From NCBI GenBank assembly GCA_902802905.1, contig CADCNT010000004.1, positions 13,073 to 77,072 of the forward strand: a DNA stretch of 64,000 nucleotides. The letters are read 5' to 3'. Of this stretch, positions 1 to 8,717 are shown in pieces. Under the pieces are notes generated by a model. It made no database searches. It was not told the origin of the DNA and saw nothing but the letters and a program-made list of their open reading frames with translations. Each line of letters starts with the position of its first letter. The first letter of the stretch is position 1. Source of the DNA: an uncultured Erysipelotrichaceae bacterium. Lineage in GTDB: Bacteria; Bacillota_I; Bacilli_A; RFN20; CAG-826. The position numbers and the translations under genes were made by a program.

Positions 1-3000
1 CAAACTCACTGATGGCAGACGAAGCAGCTCTATTATATTCATAAACGATGTTTGTGCTCTTTTTTGTTCCGTTTGATAAATCTGTCTTTCTTAGTACTGC
101 TTTTAGAACAACACCAGATTCTGGAAAAGCATAATTTGGAAGCAATCCTTCGTCCGATAAGAAATTAAATACATCCTTGTCATTAATATTTTGAACCACG
201 CCTACTAATGCAAATTTCTCAGTCTTAAGCTCTTTAATCTCGGCATCGTAAGCAGAATCTTGTGGTTTTGCTTCTAAATCAGCAATTAATTGGTTTAATT
301 CTTTGATGCTATCACTTACAGAATCTCTTTGTTTTTTAAGAGCTTCAAAAGCTTCAAAGATTTTCATATACATTGGACTATTTCCTAAAGATGAACCTTT
401 TGCAAAATCAGTTAATTCTTTCTTTGTTGCATCAGAAACATCAGGGAATATTTCAAAGAAAGATTTAATCAAACTAGCCAAATGGGCTTGAACATATTTT
501 AAGAAATTAAATGGGAAGTTGTTGTCATCTTTAGCTGCTAGCTTTGCAAGGCACACCCCAATCTTAGGAATGGCGGTTTCTGGAACACCTTGTTTTACCC
601 AGCTATCAAAACAGTAAGCAACAAATTGTCTTTCTAAGACAGCAGAGGCATTAAGGAACACTTTTGGTGTCTCCACTTCTCCTTCAATCATTTCAAGAGG
701 GTCGCTATAGAAATACAAATCGTGTGGTTTTGCATTCGCGACAGTAACTGTTAAAGAGTTGCCATCTTTTCTACCTGCACGTCCTGTTCTTTGCAAATAT
801 TGAGATTGAGCAGGAGGCATACTACACAAAATAACAGATGAGAGGTCACCTATATCGATGCCCATTTCAAGTGTTGGCGTACACGATAATACATTTGTAT
901 CCCAAGGTTTCTTTTCACCAGCAGGATGCTTGAATTCAATTTCGACTTCTTCACGCTGTTCTCTTTCAAGCAAACCAGTGTGTTCTTGAGCGGATATTCT
1001 AACGATATCGCCATTCATATATAAGTTGTGATAATAGTCTTGTGGTCTATCTAACACCAAATCAATTTTGCCAAAGCAATTATCCATTGGACATGTTGCG
1101 TTAAGCCACAAACTTGAATTCGCTTTTGAAAAATTGAAATATTGGCCACAATCGCTACACTTAAACTGTTCTACTTCTGAAGAAACAGTAATTTTTGATT
1201 TATTTAAGGCGAATACAGTCAAAGTTGGATCAACCTTAATACTTTGAACGATTCCAACCTTTTCAAGCTCTTCTAGAGCCTTTTCAAAGATATAATCGCT
1301 AGAGGCATCAATGATTGAGGCATCAAAGAAGTAGCTTGAAATGTTTTCGTGGTATTTTGTCTTTTTATCGCCAACATCATCAAACGCTTTATATTTTTTC
1401 TTTGACAAGCCTTTTTGCAAACAAACAAATCGAGGAACGTTTCTACCTGCGACAGTTGATGGTAACCAAGAAAATTTACCAGTTGAAATGACAAAGTCAT
1501 TTTTCCCACCACAATTAATAAATGGATAATATACTTCATCGATGAATGCACCGTTATATCTCATTCTATTAACGACACCTAAAACAATTTTTGTGTATTC
1601 TTCTACAGTTAAATCACAAGTTGGTCCTAATTCATTTATTGCTTTTTCTCTTACATTCTCGGCAACTTGCTTAATGTCATTGTTATCCAAAGATAATATT
1701 GAGCTTGCTGTTTTTTCTAAAGTACGACCAATTCTTGAGTTTAAACCATATTCAAGCATCACTTCGTATTTAATTCTTTTTTCAATGTTTTCGATAAGAG
1801 ATTTACTAGCACTTGTTTTCGGAAGACTTCCTGTTTCTTTCATCGCTTCAAAAGAATCCATCCATGTTAAATTCGACGGAATAAACATAGTTACAAATTC
1901 TTCGTCAATTAGCTTTGAATGCCAATAATTAACAAATTCATCTTGGAATTTATCAAGTGGTAAACCATCGCCACCATCAAGAACAAATCTTTGAATAGCG
2001 CATCTTAAGGTAAATCTCCAGGTTCTAGAATTAAAGAATCCAGCTCTATGAGATGCATCTTGAACATTATCTGAAAATGTTAGTGTTTTTTTATCATCGT
2101 TAAATTTAGATGCAAACATCTGTGAAACAGTAGCACTGATACTTGTCGCACTTCTTAAACCTAATAATGAAACACCTTCGCCCTGGCAATGTGGACAAAT
2201 ATAATGTTTTTTATTACCGTGCCCAGCTTTTTCTAAATTGGTTGGAACAATAACAGGAATGGCATCTGCACCACAACTAGAACATGCGTGTCCGTTTGGT
2301 TGTCTATCCATTAAATCTAAATGCAAGCAATCTGGGCATAGATAAGCATGCATAAATCCCTCTGGAACTGGCTTATCTGGGTCATATGGGTACATTATTG
2401 TGACATTATCATCATAGCTAAAGAATCTGTTATAGAACGCACCCATATCTCTAATTCTTGCGTTTTGTTTTTCATCTAAAATCGAAACCCAACCTGTAGC
2501 ACCACAATCACGACAGTTGATAACTGGTAAATAGTGACCAGATTGCTCATCATTTAAATCAGTGGCTAAAGCATATAAAATATTTTCATCCGACACTCTT
2601 GCCACCACTCTTCTAAGTTCTCTCATCCACAATTGAACCTGAACTGTTAAAAATGGTCTTAAGTTATCTGCATTGCCACTTCTTGCATGTGAAATAAGAG
2701 CATATAGCGTATCTAAAGCAAATTTCGGATCTTCTAAATCACTTAAGAACGGATACTGTTTAATCAATTCTTCAATGATTTTGGAATTTTGAGTAAATCT
2801 ATTATCCATTGCAAAAAGCAACGCTCTGGTGAAATTGTGTTTCTTTAATCTGTTTGCTAAAAGCAATCTACTTTCAGAAGACATAATATCTTCAACATTA
2901 AAATCAGTGAGCCATCCTTGTGCGGCTTTTGTTAAAAATGAAGACAAATCATCTTTTTCATATGCCTCTAAAAGGGCTTTATTTGAATCGTTGCTTAAAT

Positions 3001-3940
3001 TCTTATAATCATCGATTGTCTCGCTAAAGAATTCGTTTGGATGAAGTCTATCTTCAGTGATGATTGAATCGTTTTCAAAAGCTTCACCAAAAACTTCATT
3101 AGCATATTTGACGATTAAATTGTTTGACTCTCCATCTCCTAAAGTAGCAGATGTGCCAATACAACAAACATATCCTTTTGGAGTATACAATCTAGCTTTT
3201 AATCTTCTTAACAAACAGGCCAAGTCTGTGCCTTGCGCACCATCAAAAGTGTGAAGTTCGTCCACTACTATAAATTTAAGAGTTTCTGGATTATTTGATT
3301 TCCACAGAGCTGCATCCTTAGGTCTAACCATGAGATAATCAAGCATCTTATAGTTTGTAAGTAAAATGTCTGGTGGATTAGATAGAAGTGTTTCTCTATC
3401 AGTAATAACGTTTTCTTTGCCCATTGCTGTAGCAGCACTGGCTTCAAGACCACCAACATACATTCCGCAGGTAATGTTGCCTTTTAGTTTATCGCTTTTA
3501 TAAATCTCTTTAGCGATACGCTTTGCTTGATCGGTTGCCAAGGCATTCATTGGATAAATAATGAGAGCTTTAATACCGGCTTCACCACGATGTTTATAGC
3601 AATATTCCAAAATAGGAAGCAAAAAACATTCTGTTTTACCGGAGCCTGTACCTGTCGCCACTATTGTGCTTCGTGGGTCATCTCCTCCAAGCCTTTCAAA
3701 AGATTTCTTTTGATGCAAATATGGGGTGTAGTTCAATTTGATTGATTCAAACGAAGGAACAACATCTGAAAGTCTAAAAGGCATCTTCACAGAAATATAA
3801 GGTTCGTGATAAACAGAATCTTTTGTTCTTAACAATTCATCAAGAGTGCCTTTAAATCCCTCGTTCGTCATAGGAAAGGTTGTTTCAATATAATCGCACA
3901 ACCCCTTTTCCAATTGTCTAGCTAAAATTGATGGAAGCAT
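1..3940 (-). CDS. drmA: DExH-box SF2 helicase with internal Cys4 zinc clusters, DISARM DrmA-like. Partial: the C-terminus lies beyond the window start. More than 1313 aa are visible.
   Basis: The ATG at 3940 overlaps the TAA stop of the upstream methyltransferase (TAATG). Motif I ATGTGSGKTE (about 3630-3660) and motif VI QRTGRAGR (about 800) are both in frame. Motif II is VVDELHTFDG. Cys clusters are CRDCGATGW, CPDCLHL, CSSCGAD and CPHCQGEG. No plus-strand ORF longer than 130 aa lies across the region. It is the third gene after an SNF2 helicase and a large N6A methyltransferase, which is class 1 DISARM synteny. Confidence 0.6.
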   Translation of the reverse strand, partial: MLPSILARQLEKGLCDYIETTFPMTNEGFKGTLDELLRTKDSVYHEPYISVKMPFRLSDVVPSFESIKLNYTPYLHQKKSFERLGGDDPRSTIVATGTGSGKTECFLLPILEYCYKHRGEAGIKALIIYPMNALATDQAKRIAKEIYKSDKLKGNITCGMYVGGLEASAATAMGKENVITDRETLLSNPPDILLTNYKMLDYLMVRPKDAALWKSNNPETLKFIVVDELHTFDGAQGTDLACLLRRLKARLYTPKGYVCCIGTSATLGDGESNNLIVKYANEVFGEAFENDSIITEDRLHPNEFFSETIDDYKNLSNDSNKALLEAYEKDDLSSFLTKAAQGWLTDFNVEDIMSSESRLLLANRLKKHNFTRALLFAMDNRFTQNSKIIEELIKQYPFLSDLEDPKFALDTLYALISHARSGNADNLRPFLTVQVQLWMRELRRVVARVSDENILYALATDLNDEQSGHYLPVINCRDCGATGWVSILDEKQNARIRDMGAFYNRFFSYDDNVTIMYPYDPDKPVPEGFMHAYLCPDCLHLDLMDRQPNGHACSSCGADAIPVIVPTNLEKAGHGNKKHYICPHCQGEGVSLLGLRSATSISATVSQMFASKFNDDKKTLTFSDNVQDASHRAGFFNSRTWRFTLRCAIQRFVLDGGDGLPLDKFQDEFVNYWHSKLIDEEFVTMFIPSNLTWMDSFEAMKETGSLPKTSASKSLIENIEKRIKYEVMLEYGLNSRIGRTLEKTASSILSLDNNDIKQVAENVREKAINELGPTCDLTVEEYTKIVLGVVNRMRYNGAFIDEVYYPFINCGGKNDFVISTGKFSWLPSTVAGRNVPRFVCLQKGLSKKKYKAFDDVGDKKTKYHENISSYFFDASIIDASSDYIFEKALEELEKVGIVQSIKVDPTLTVFALNKSKITVSSEVEQFKCSDCGQYFNFSKANSSLWLNATCPMDNCFGKIDLVLDRPQDYYHNLYMNGDIVRISAQEHTGLLEREQREEVEIEFKHPAGEKKPWDTNVLSCTPTLEMGIDIGDLSSVILCSMPPAQSQYLQRTGRAGRKDGNSLTVTVANAKPHDLYFYSDPLEMIEGEVETPKVFLNASAVLERQFVAYCFDSWVKQGVPETAIPKIGVCLAKLAAKDDNNFPFNFLKYVQAHLASLIKSFFEIFPDVSDATKKELTDFAKGSSLGNSPMYMKIFEAFEALKKQRDSVSDSIKELNQLIADLEAKPQDSAYDAEIKELKTEKFALVGVVQNINDKDVFNFLSDEGLLPNYAFPESGVVLKAVLRKTDLSNGTKKSTNIVYEYNRAASSAISEF

Positions 3941-6900
3941 TATTCATTTACCTCCCCATACTTCTTGGTGAAAAATTCCCAAGCTGTTTTATAATCCTCT
4001 ACTCTGTCGCACTTAGTGAAAGGAGCAACGTATTCAATTGTTCGTTCAACTGGTCCACCTGGCATAGTGTCGTCCACGTATGTTTTCTTATATGTACCTG
4101 ATTTCCAATCTTTAATGTTTTCCCATTCAGGACGTTTAAGTGTTAATTCACCATAATTCTTAGCGGAAAACACGATCCGTCCTTTTTGATCAAACCATGT
4201 ATCATCTTCAAACTTAGATAATACAGGGAATTGAACTCTGTATATATAAATCAATTGTTCAAGAGTTATTCCGAGACAAATGGATATTAAAACATCAATT
4301 TCTAACAACGCCTGTCTTCTTGAATAATCATCGCGGAAAGCCATTTTGTTGTTCCAATCGCCAAAATAGCTAATGCCATTATTTAATCTACTATCTTTTT
4401 TTGACCACCCATCGTTTTGAGGTGATATCTTTTTCCATTTGTTCCATAAATCAGCAAATGGTTTTGTTAAACAATTAAGTTTCAAAAGTCTATTTATAGC
4501 CATTGATAAATATACGCTATCATTAAGAAGTGGTAATTTTTCGGCGTTATCAATTGTAAAATTTGTTTTTCCAAATATTTTAATAAGACAATCATATGGA
4601 AGTGATACACATGAAGCAGAATAAGCCAACAAATCTTTCAGTTCTTTAAACGCTACGCTCATGACACCATTTGTATGAAGAGATCCAATTGGAATAATAG
4701 ATCCGAGAAGTGTTCTTTCTTGTGTTAAATTAATCATTTTTCTAGTAGCAAAACGATAATTATCGGTATGCAAATTATCCCACGTTGTTTTTGGAACAGA
4801 GGAATAGGCTCTCGGTTTATCACTTACGACATAAGTAATCCTTTGAATGTAATCATCATATATCTGATTTAAATCGATATTTTCATAATCAGTATTTGAA
4901 TTAAATACTCTATTCGATGATTTAAAATACGGATTTGCTAGGAAAAAATGTGGACCCGAAAAAACGACATCTTTATATGTGGAAGGGAAGTTTGGATTTT
5001 TTGTAATTATTTTTGATTTTTGCGAGTTTGTTTCATCAAGCAACAAAGATGATGATAATTTGCTACTTACATTTTTGAGTTTTCTAGGATAGAAAGCATA
5101 TGCTTTAGCGATATCAAATAATTCCTGGGTATGAAATGATCCAATTCTGCAAGATGTATTTGTATCTACTCCATCCAATAAAATTGAAAAAATTCTTATG
5201 CCATCAGAATCAACTTTTACCAATCTCTCAGGATTGCCATGCTTGCTCCATTGACCATTTTCATCTTTTAACCCTTCGAGTTTATACAAACAATTAGGAT
5301 CATATGTATCGTCAACTGCTGATGGATCATATAAATTACATATTAATTCGAAAGAGCTTGTTTCTCTATTTGAGAACACATTAAGGTAGAAAGCAACATG
5401 CCCATCAACATCTTTAAACAGTTTTAAGACATTTGTGAATTGAAATGATTTTCTCAATCTAGGTATTAAATATTCTCTAAGCGTTTTTCCATCGGCATCA
5501 TTAAAAACGCCTGATGGATGAACGAAAGCAAAAACTCCATTTTTATTAGCGAATCTCATTGATGTAGGGAAAAAGCAAAGATACAAATTTGTTTGCAATC
5601 CAGTAAGTTCTTCATAATTTTGAACGTTGCATAAGAAAGATTGTGTTCCAGCAATCGAGATATATTCACCAAAATACAGCTTTCTGCTTATTGGTTTTGA
5701 TAGTTCTTCTTCTCTCATTAACGCCGTTTCTGTAGCCGTCATGTTTTTAACTGAGAAATAAGGATTGCAATCAGATAATACTCCTTCTTCCTTCCAAGTA
5801 ACTTTTACCCAAGGCGGATTCCCTATCATTAAGTCAAAGCCACCTCGTTCTTCAAATAGTTCGGCAAACTCCAACTCCCAGTGCATAAAATGGTTTTCTC
5901 TTGCAATATCTCTTACAAGAGCAAGTCTTTCGTATTGTTCACATAGTTGATCAAGATTAACATTGCCTAAATCTTCAAATGTTTTTCTAATCTCTTGCGC
6001 AGCTTGATTGACATATTCTTCAGTTTCAGGATTGTAATCTAAAAGATTCATTTCATAGATATAGTCGCCACTTTTTGTTTTCTTATAAGTGCCGCTGTAT
6101 CCAGCTCCTTTAACAGCATAGATACCACCTTCAAGAATTAGGTTCATATCGAATATGAATGTTTCTCTGCTCGGTAATAAATCAGCTTTTTCAATTGGCC
6201 AAAACCATAACGCACACCAATAGTCCATTGCAAACTTCAATCTTGCATAAGGACCTGCGTTTTCTGCTTTTTCAGTCTTATATAAATTTCTAAAGATGTA
6301 ATCTTTCTGTCTGATAGTTGTGTGCGACTCTTCAATGTTATCGTCATGGCCAAAGATTGATAGTTTGTCAGCTGTTCTCTTCTTAACTTCCTTACGTAAT
6401 TCAATCTGTTTGTGCCACAGCGTATCTACGATACCGGATAGTCTGATAAGTGATTCAATATCATCTGGGTTGTATGATTCGGTAAATTTTTTATTCCACT
6501 CCTTCATCATTGCAATTTGTTTAGGAGCAAGGTCTTTAATAACTTTATCGGTATAGTTACACATTCCAGGGTCACCCAAAAGGAAGTGATAAACTTCTTT
6601 ACTTCCACGTCTAGTTTCATGAGGAGCAATTCTATCAGGGGCTTTCGTATACCATTTCAGTGCAGGATTACTAGTTTGTAACTGTTCAATACGATAAACT
6701 TGTTTCCTAGCACCAATCAAAGAATTGCCATTAACAATTTGTGTACCAAACCAAGGGATATGGCCACCTTCACAGATGGTATTTAGCCAGAGTGATACTT
6801 CTGCCAACTCCACAGCCGTACTGTTCAAGTCAACGCCATAAACATTTCTATCAGCTATGAACATTTTGACTTTTTGAACTTCATTCTTTCTATCCTCATA

Positions 6901-8715
6901 TTTAATTAATTCGCCGAGTTCTTCTTGTTTCTTATTTACATAGGCATCAGCTAATTGGTTGATGGCTTCATTCAAGAATGCTGCACTTCCCATAGCAGGT
7001 TCGCAAATGGTGAGATTTAAAATATCATCTGCGGTTTTATCAACTAATAATTCTTTAAGAGCATATTTTACTAAACATTTTGTTAGAACTTCCGGGGTAT
7101 AGTAAGAAGCAGATTTTTCTCTTTCTCTACCAGCCAATCGATAAATGAACATCCCTTTCTGGTACATTCTCGGCTTTCCTTTATGTGGTCCAGATTCATA
7201 TCTAACTCTTTCATCATCGTTGTAATTAACTAAGTCTGCTTCTGATACAAAGTATCCAACATCGAGTTCATCAAAAACATCTCCAGCTCTTTTAACTTCG
7301 TATAAATCTTTTTCAGCAATGAAGCCACGATAAGAAAGTAAGGATTCATATACTGATCCCAATTGGTTGATTCCAAGATTTGCATAAGAAATTCTATTTC
7401 CACCACTCTTATTGTCTCCACGAGTAATGCTCATGAGTCTGATAATTCTCAAAAGGACTTTGTTCCTAATTTTTGCTTGAGTGATTAATGGCGTTAAATC
7501 AGGATCGAAAATGTGAGCTTTTAATGGAGGAACCACAAAAGTATCATGCTTTGATTCCATCTTAACTGCAGCATCGTAATCCTCTTGTTTTTCAGGATAG
7601 CCATGATAGATAAGATGGAATAATTTATTAATTGTTTCGTTGAAGTAATATCCTTCTCCAACTTCTGTAACGTTTTCATTAATGTTATCTGCGACGTCTC
7701 TGAGCTGTTCTAAAGAGTATCCTTTGGCGTATGCCATTTCTTTCATAGGAGCATAGCCAAGTTCCTCTCTTGCTTCAATAAATAAAACGAAAAGCATACG
7801 ATACATATATCGTAAACACTGCATAGTCAAATCGCCTGGATCTACAGGATCTTTATCTAAATCGCGATGTTTATTAGTTTTTAAATCGTAAAGAATTTCG
7901 TTTCCTAATAATTCTATTGATTCCCTTAAAGCATATTTTAAATCTTTAGAAACACCTGCTGCGTGTCTATGAGAATTCTCGTCTAATTCGTCAAGTAAAG
8001 CTTCGCCTTCTTCTGGACATAAAGACTCTTTATGAAGAAGTACTGCCATTGCTTGGAATGTTTTTTCGTCACGGTATGAGTAAATTGTTGCCAAGTCAAA
8101 AGCTAGGTATCTCTTTTCACTCCACTTATTTCTATCGATTAAAGCAATACCATTTAATCCAATGACAACAATCCATCTCGGAGGAACATCATTACTAAAT
8201 AGAGCTTTGGTCACCGCTTCTTCTGCATTAAAATCTTCGCATGTATATGCAGGAACAAAATCATAACCAGAAGAGAAATCTCCACTAAATAAATGCCCTT
8301 GAAGAATGTCGTCGTCATCTTCTGCATTTACAGACAACATTACCCATAACAAAGGATTGCCGTTTGACTTCTTTATTTCTAAGAAGACTGGTAGGTGGGT
8401 ACCGTTTTGAAGATCGTGATTGAAAGGTGCGGGAGCAGGATAGCCTAAAGCCGACAAATAAGATTCTGCTAGTTCTTTAATAAGAGGCTTAATTTGATCT
8501 CTGCTTCTCGCTCTTAAAGCTTTATCGTGAGAGACATAATACTGTTTTGCAATTTCTCTTAATAGAGACCATGGGGTTCTTAAATTTTCACTAGCCTTAG
8601 CAGCATCGCGCCAAACAGAAATGGTTGCCGAAGCATTCTCTTCAAAAATAGAAGAAAAATAATGATTGGTGTAATATTCATTGTAGTTATTTATTCCAGG
8701 ATAAACGTTTGCCAT
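3940..8715 (-). CDS. drmMI: Large N6-adenine DNA methyltransferase (Eco57I/PglX-like), DISARM DrmMI-like, 1591 aa
   Basis: The complete ORF has SAM-binding motif I EPAMGSAAFL, motif DRNVYGVDLNSTAVELAEVSLWLN and catalytic motif IV FDLMIGNPPW. A GAGGTG RBS sits 6 nt upstream. It lies 2 nt after the SNF2 gene stop and overlaps the next gene's start. Confidence 0.8.
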   Translation of the reverse strand: MANVYPGINNYNEYYTNHYFSSIFEENASATISVWRDAAKASENLRTPWSLLREIAKQYYVSHDKALRARSRDQIKPLIKELAESYLSALGYPAPAPFNHDLQNGTHLPVFLEIKKSNGNPLLWVMLSVNAEDDDDILQGHLFSGDFSSGYDFVPAYTCEDFNAEEAVTKALFSNDVPPRWIVVIGLNGIALIDRNKWSEKRYLAFDLATIYSYRDEKTFQAMAVLLHKESLCPEEGEALLDELDENSHRHAAGVSKDLKYALRESIELLGNEILYDLKTNKHRDLDKDPVDPGDLTMQCLRYMYRMLFVLFIEAREELGYAPMKEMAYAKGYSLEQLRDVADNINENVTEVGEGYYFNETINKLFHLIYHGYPEKQEDYDAAVKMESKHDTFVVPPLKAHIFDPDLTPLITQAKIRNKVLLRIIRLMSITRGDNKSGGNRISYANLGINQLGSVYESLLSYRGFIAEKDLYEVKRAGDVFDELDVGYFVSEADLVNYNDDERVRYESGPHKGKPRMYQKGMFIYRLAGREREKSASYYTPEVLTKCLVKYALKELLVDKTADDILNLTICEPAMGSAAFLNEAINQLADAYVNKKQEELGELIKYEDRKNEVQKVKMFIADRNVYGVDLNSTAVELAEVSLWLNTICEGGHIPWFGTQIVNGNSLIGARKQVYRIEQLQTSNPALKWYTKAPDRIAPHETRRGSKEVYHFLLGDPGMCNYTDKVIKDLAPKQIAMMKEWNKKFTESYNPDDIESLIRLSGIVDTLWHKQIELRKEVKKRTADKLSIFGHDDNIEESHTTIRQKDYIFRNLYKTEKAENAGPYARLKFAMDYWCALWFWPIEKADLLPSRETFIFDMNLILEGGIYAVKGAGYSGTYKKTKSGDYIYEMNLLDYNPETEEYVNQAAQEIRKTFEDLGNVNLDQLCEQYERLALVRDIARENHFMHWELEFAELFEERGGFDLMIGNPPWVKVTWKEEGVLSDCNPYFSVKNMTATETALMREEELSKPISRKLYFGEYISIAGTQSFLCNVQNYEELTGLQTNLYLCFFPTSMRFANKNGVFAFVHPSGVFNDADGKTLREYLIPRLRKSFQFTNVLKLFKDVDGHVAFYLNVFSNRETSSFELICNLYDPSAVDDTYDPNCLYKLEGLKDENGQWSKHGNPERLVKVDSDGIRIFSILLDGVDTNTSCRIGSFHTQELFDIAKAYAFYPRKLKNVSSKLSSSLLLDETNSQKSKIITKNPNFPSTYKDVVFSGPHFFLANPYFKSSNRVFNSNTDYENIDLNQIYDDYIQRITYVVSDKPRAYSSVPKTTWDNLHTDNYRFATRKMINLTQERTLLGSIIPIGSLHTNGVMSVAFKELKDLLAYSASCVSLPYDCLIKIFGKTNFTIDNAEKLPLLNDSVYLSMAINRLLKLNCLTKPFADLWNKWKKISPQNDGWSKKDSRLNNGISYFGDWNNKMAFRDDYSRRQALLEIDVLISICLGITLEQLIYIYRVQFPVLSKFEDDTWFDQKGRIVFSAKNYGELTLKRPEWENIKDWKSGTYKKTYVDDTMPGGPVERTIEYVAPFTKCDRVEDYKTAWEFFTKKYGEVNE

Positions 8716-8717
8716 AA

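Noticed and set aside
1273-1928. Plus- and minus-strand ORFs of 62-128 aa inside the DrmA-like gene. Similar antisense ORFs occur inside the other giant genes, for example 27895..28446 and 59078..59416.
   Set aside because: They are embedded in long, motif-supported ORFs on the opposite strand or in another frame. AT-rich DNA produces many such spurious ORFs. They have no RBS and low-complexity translations.
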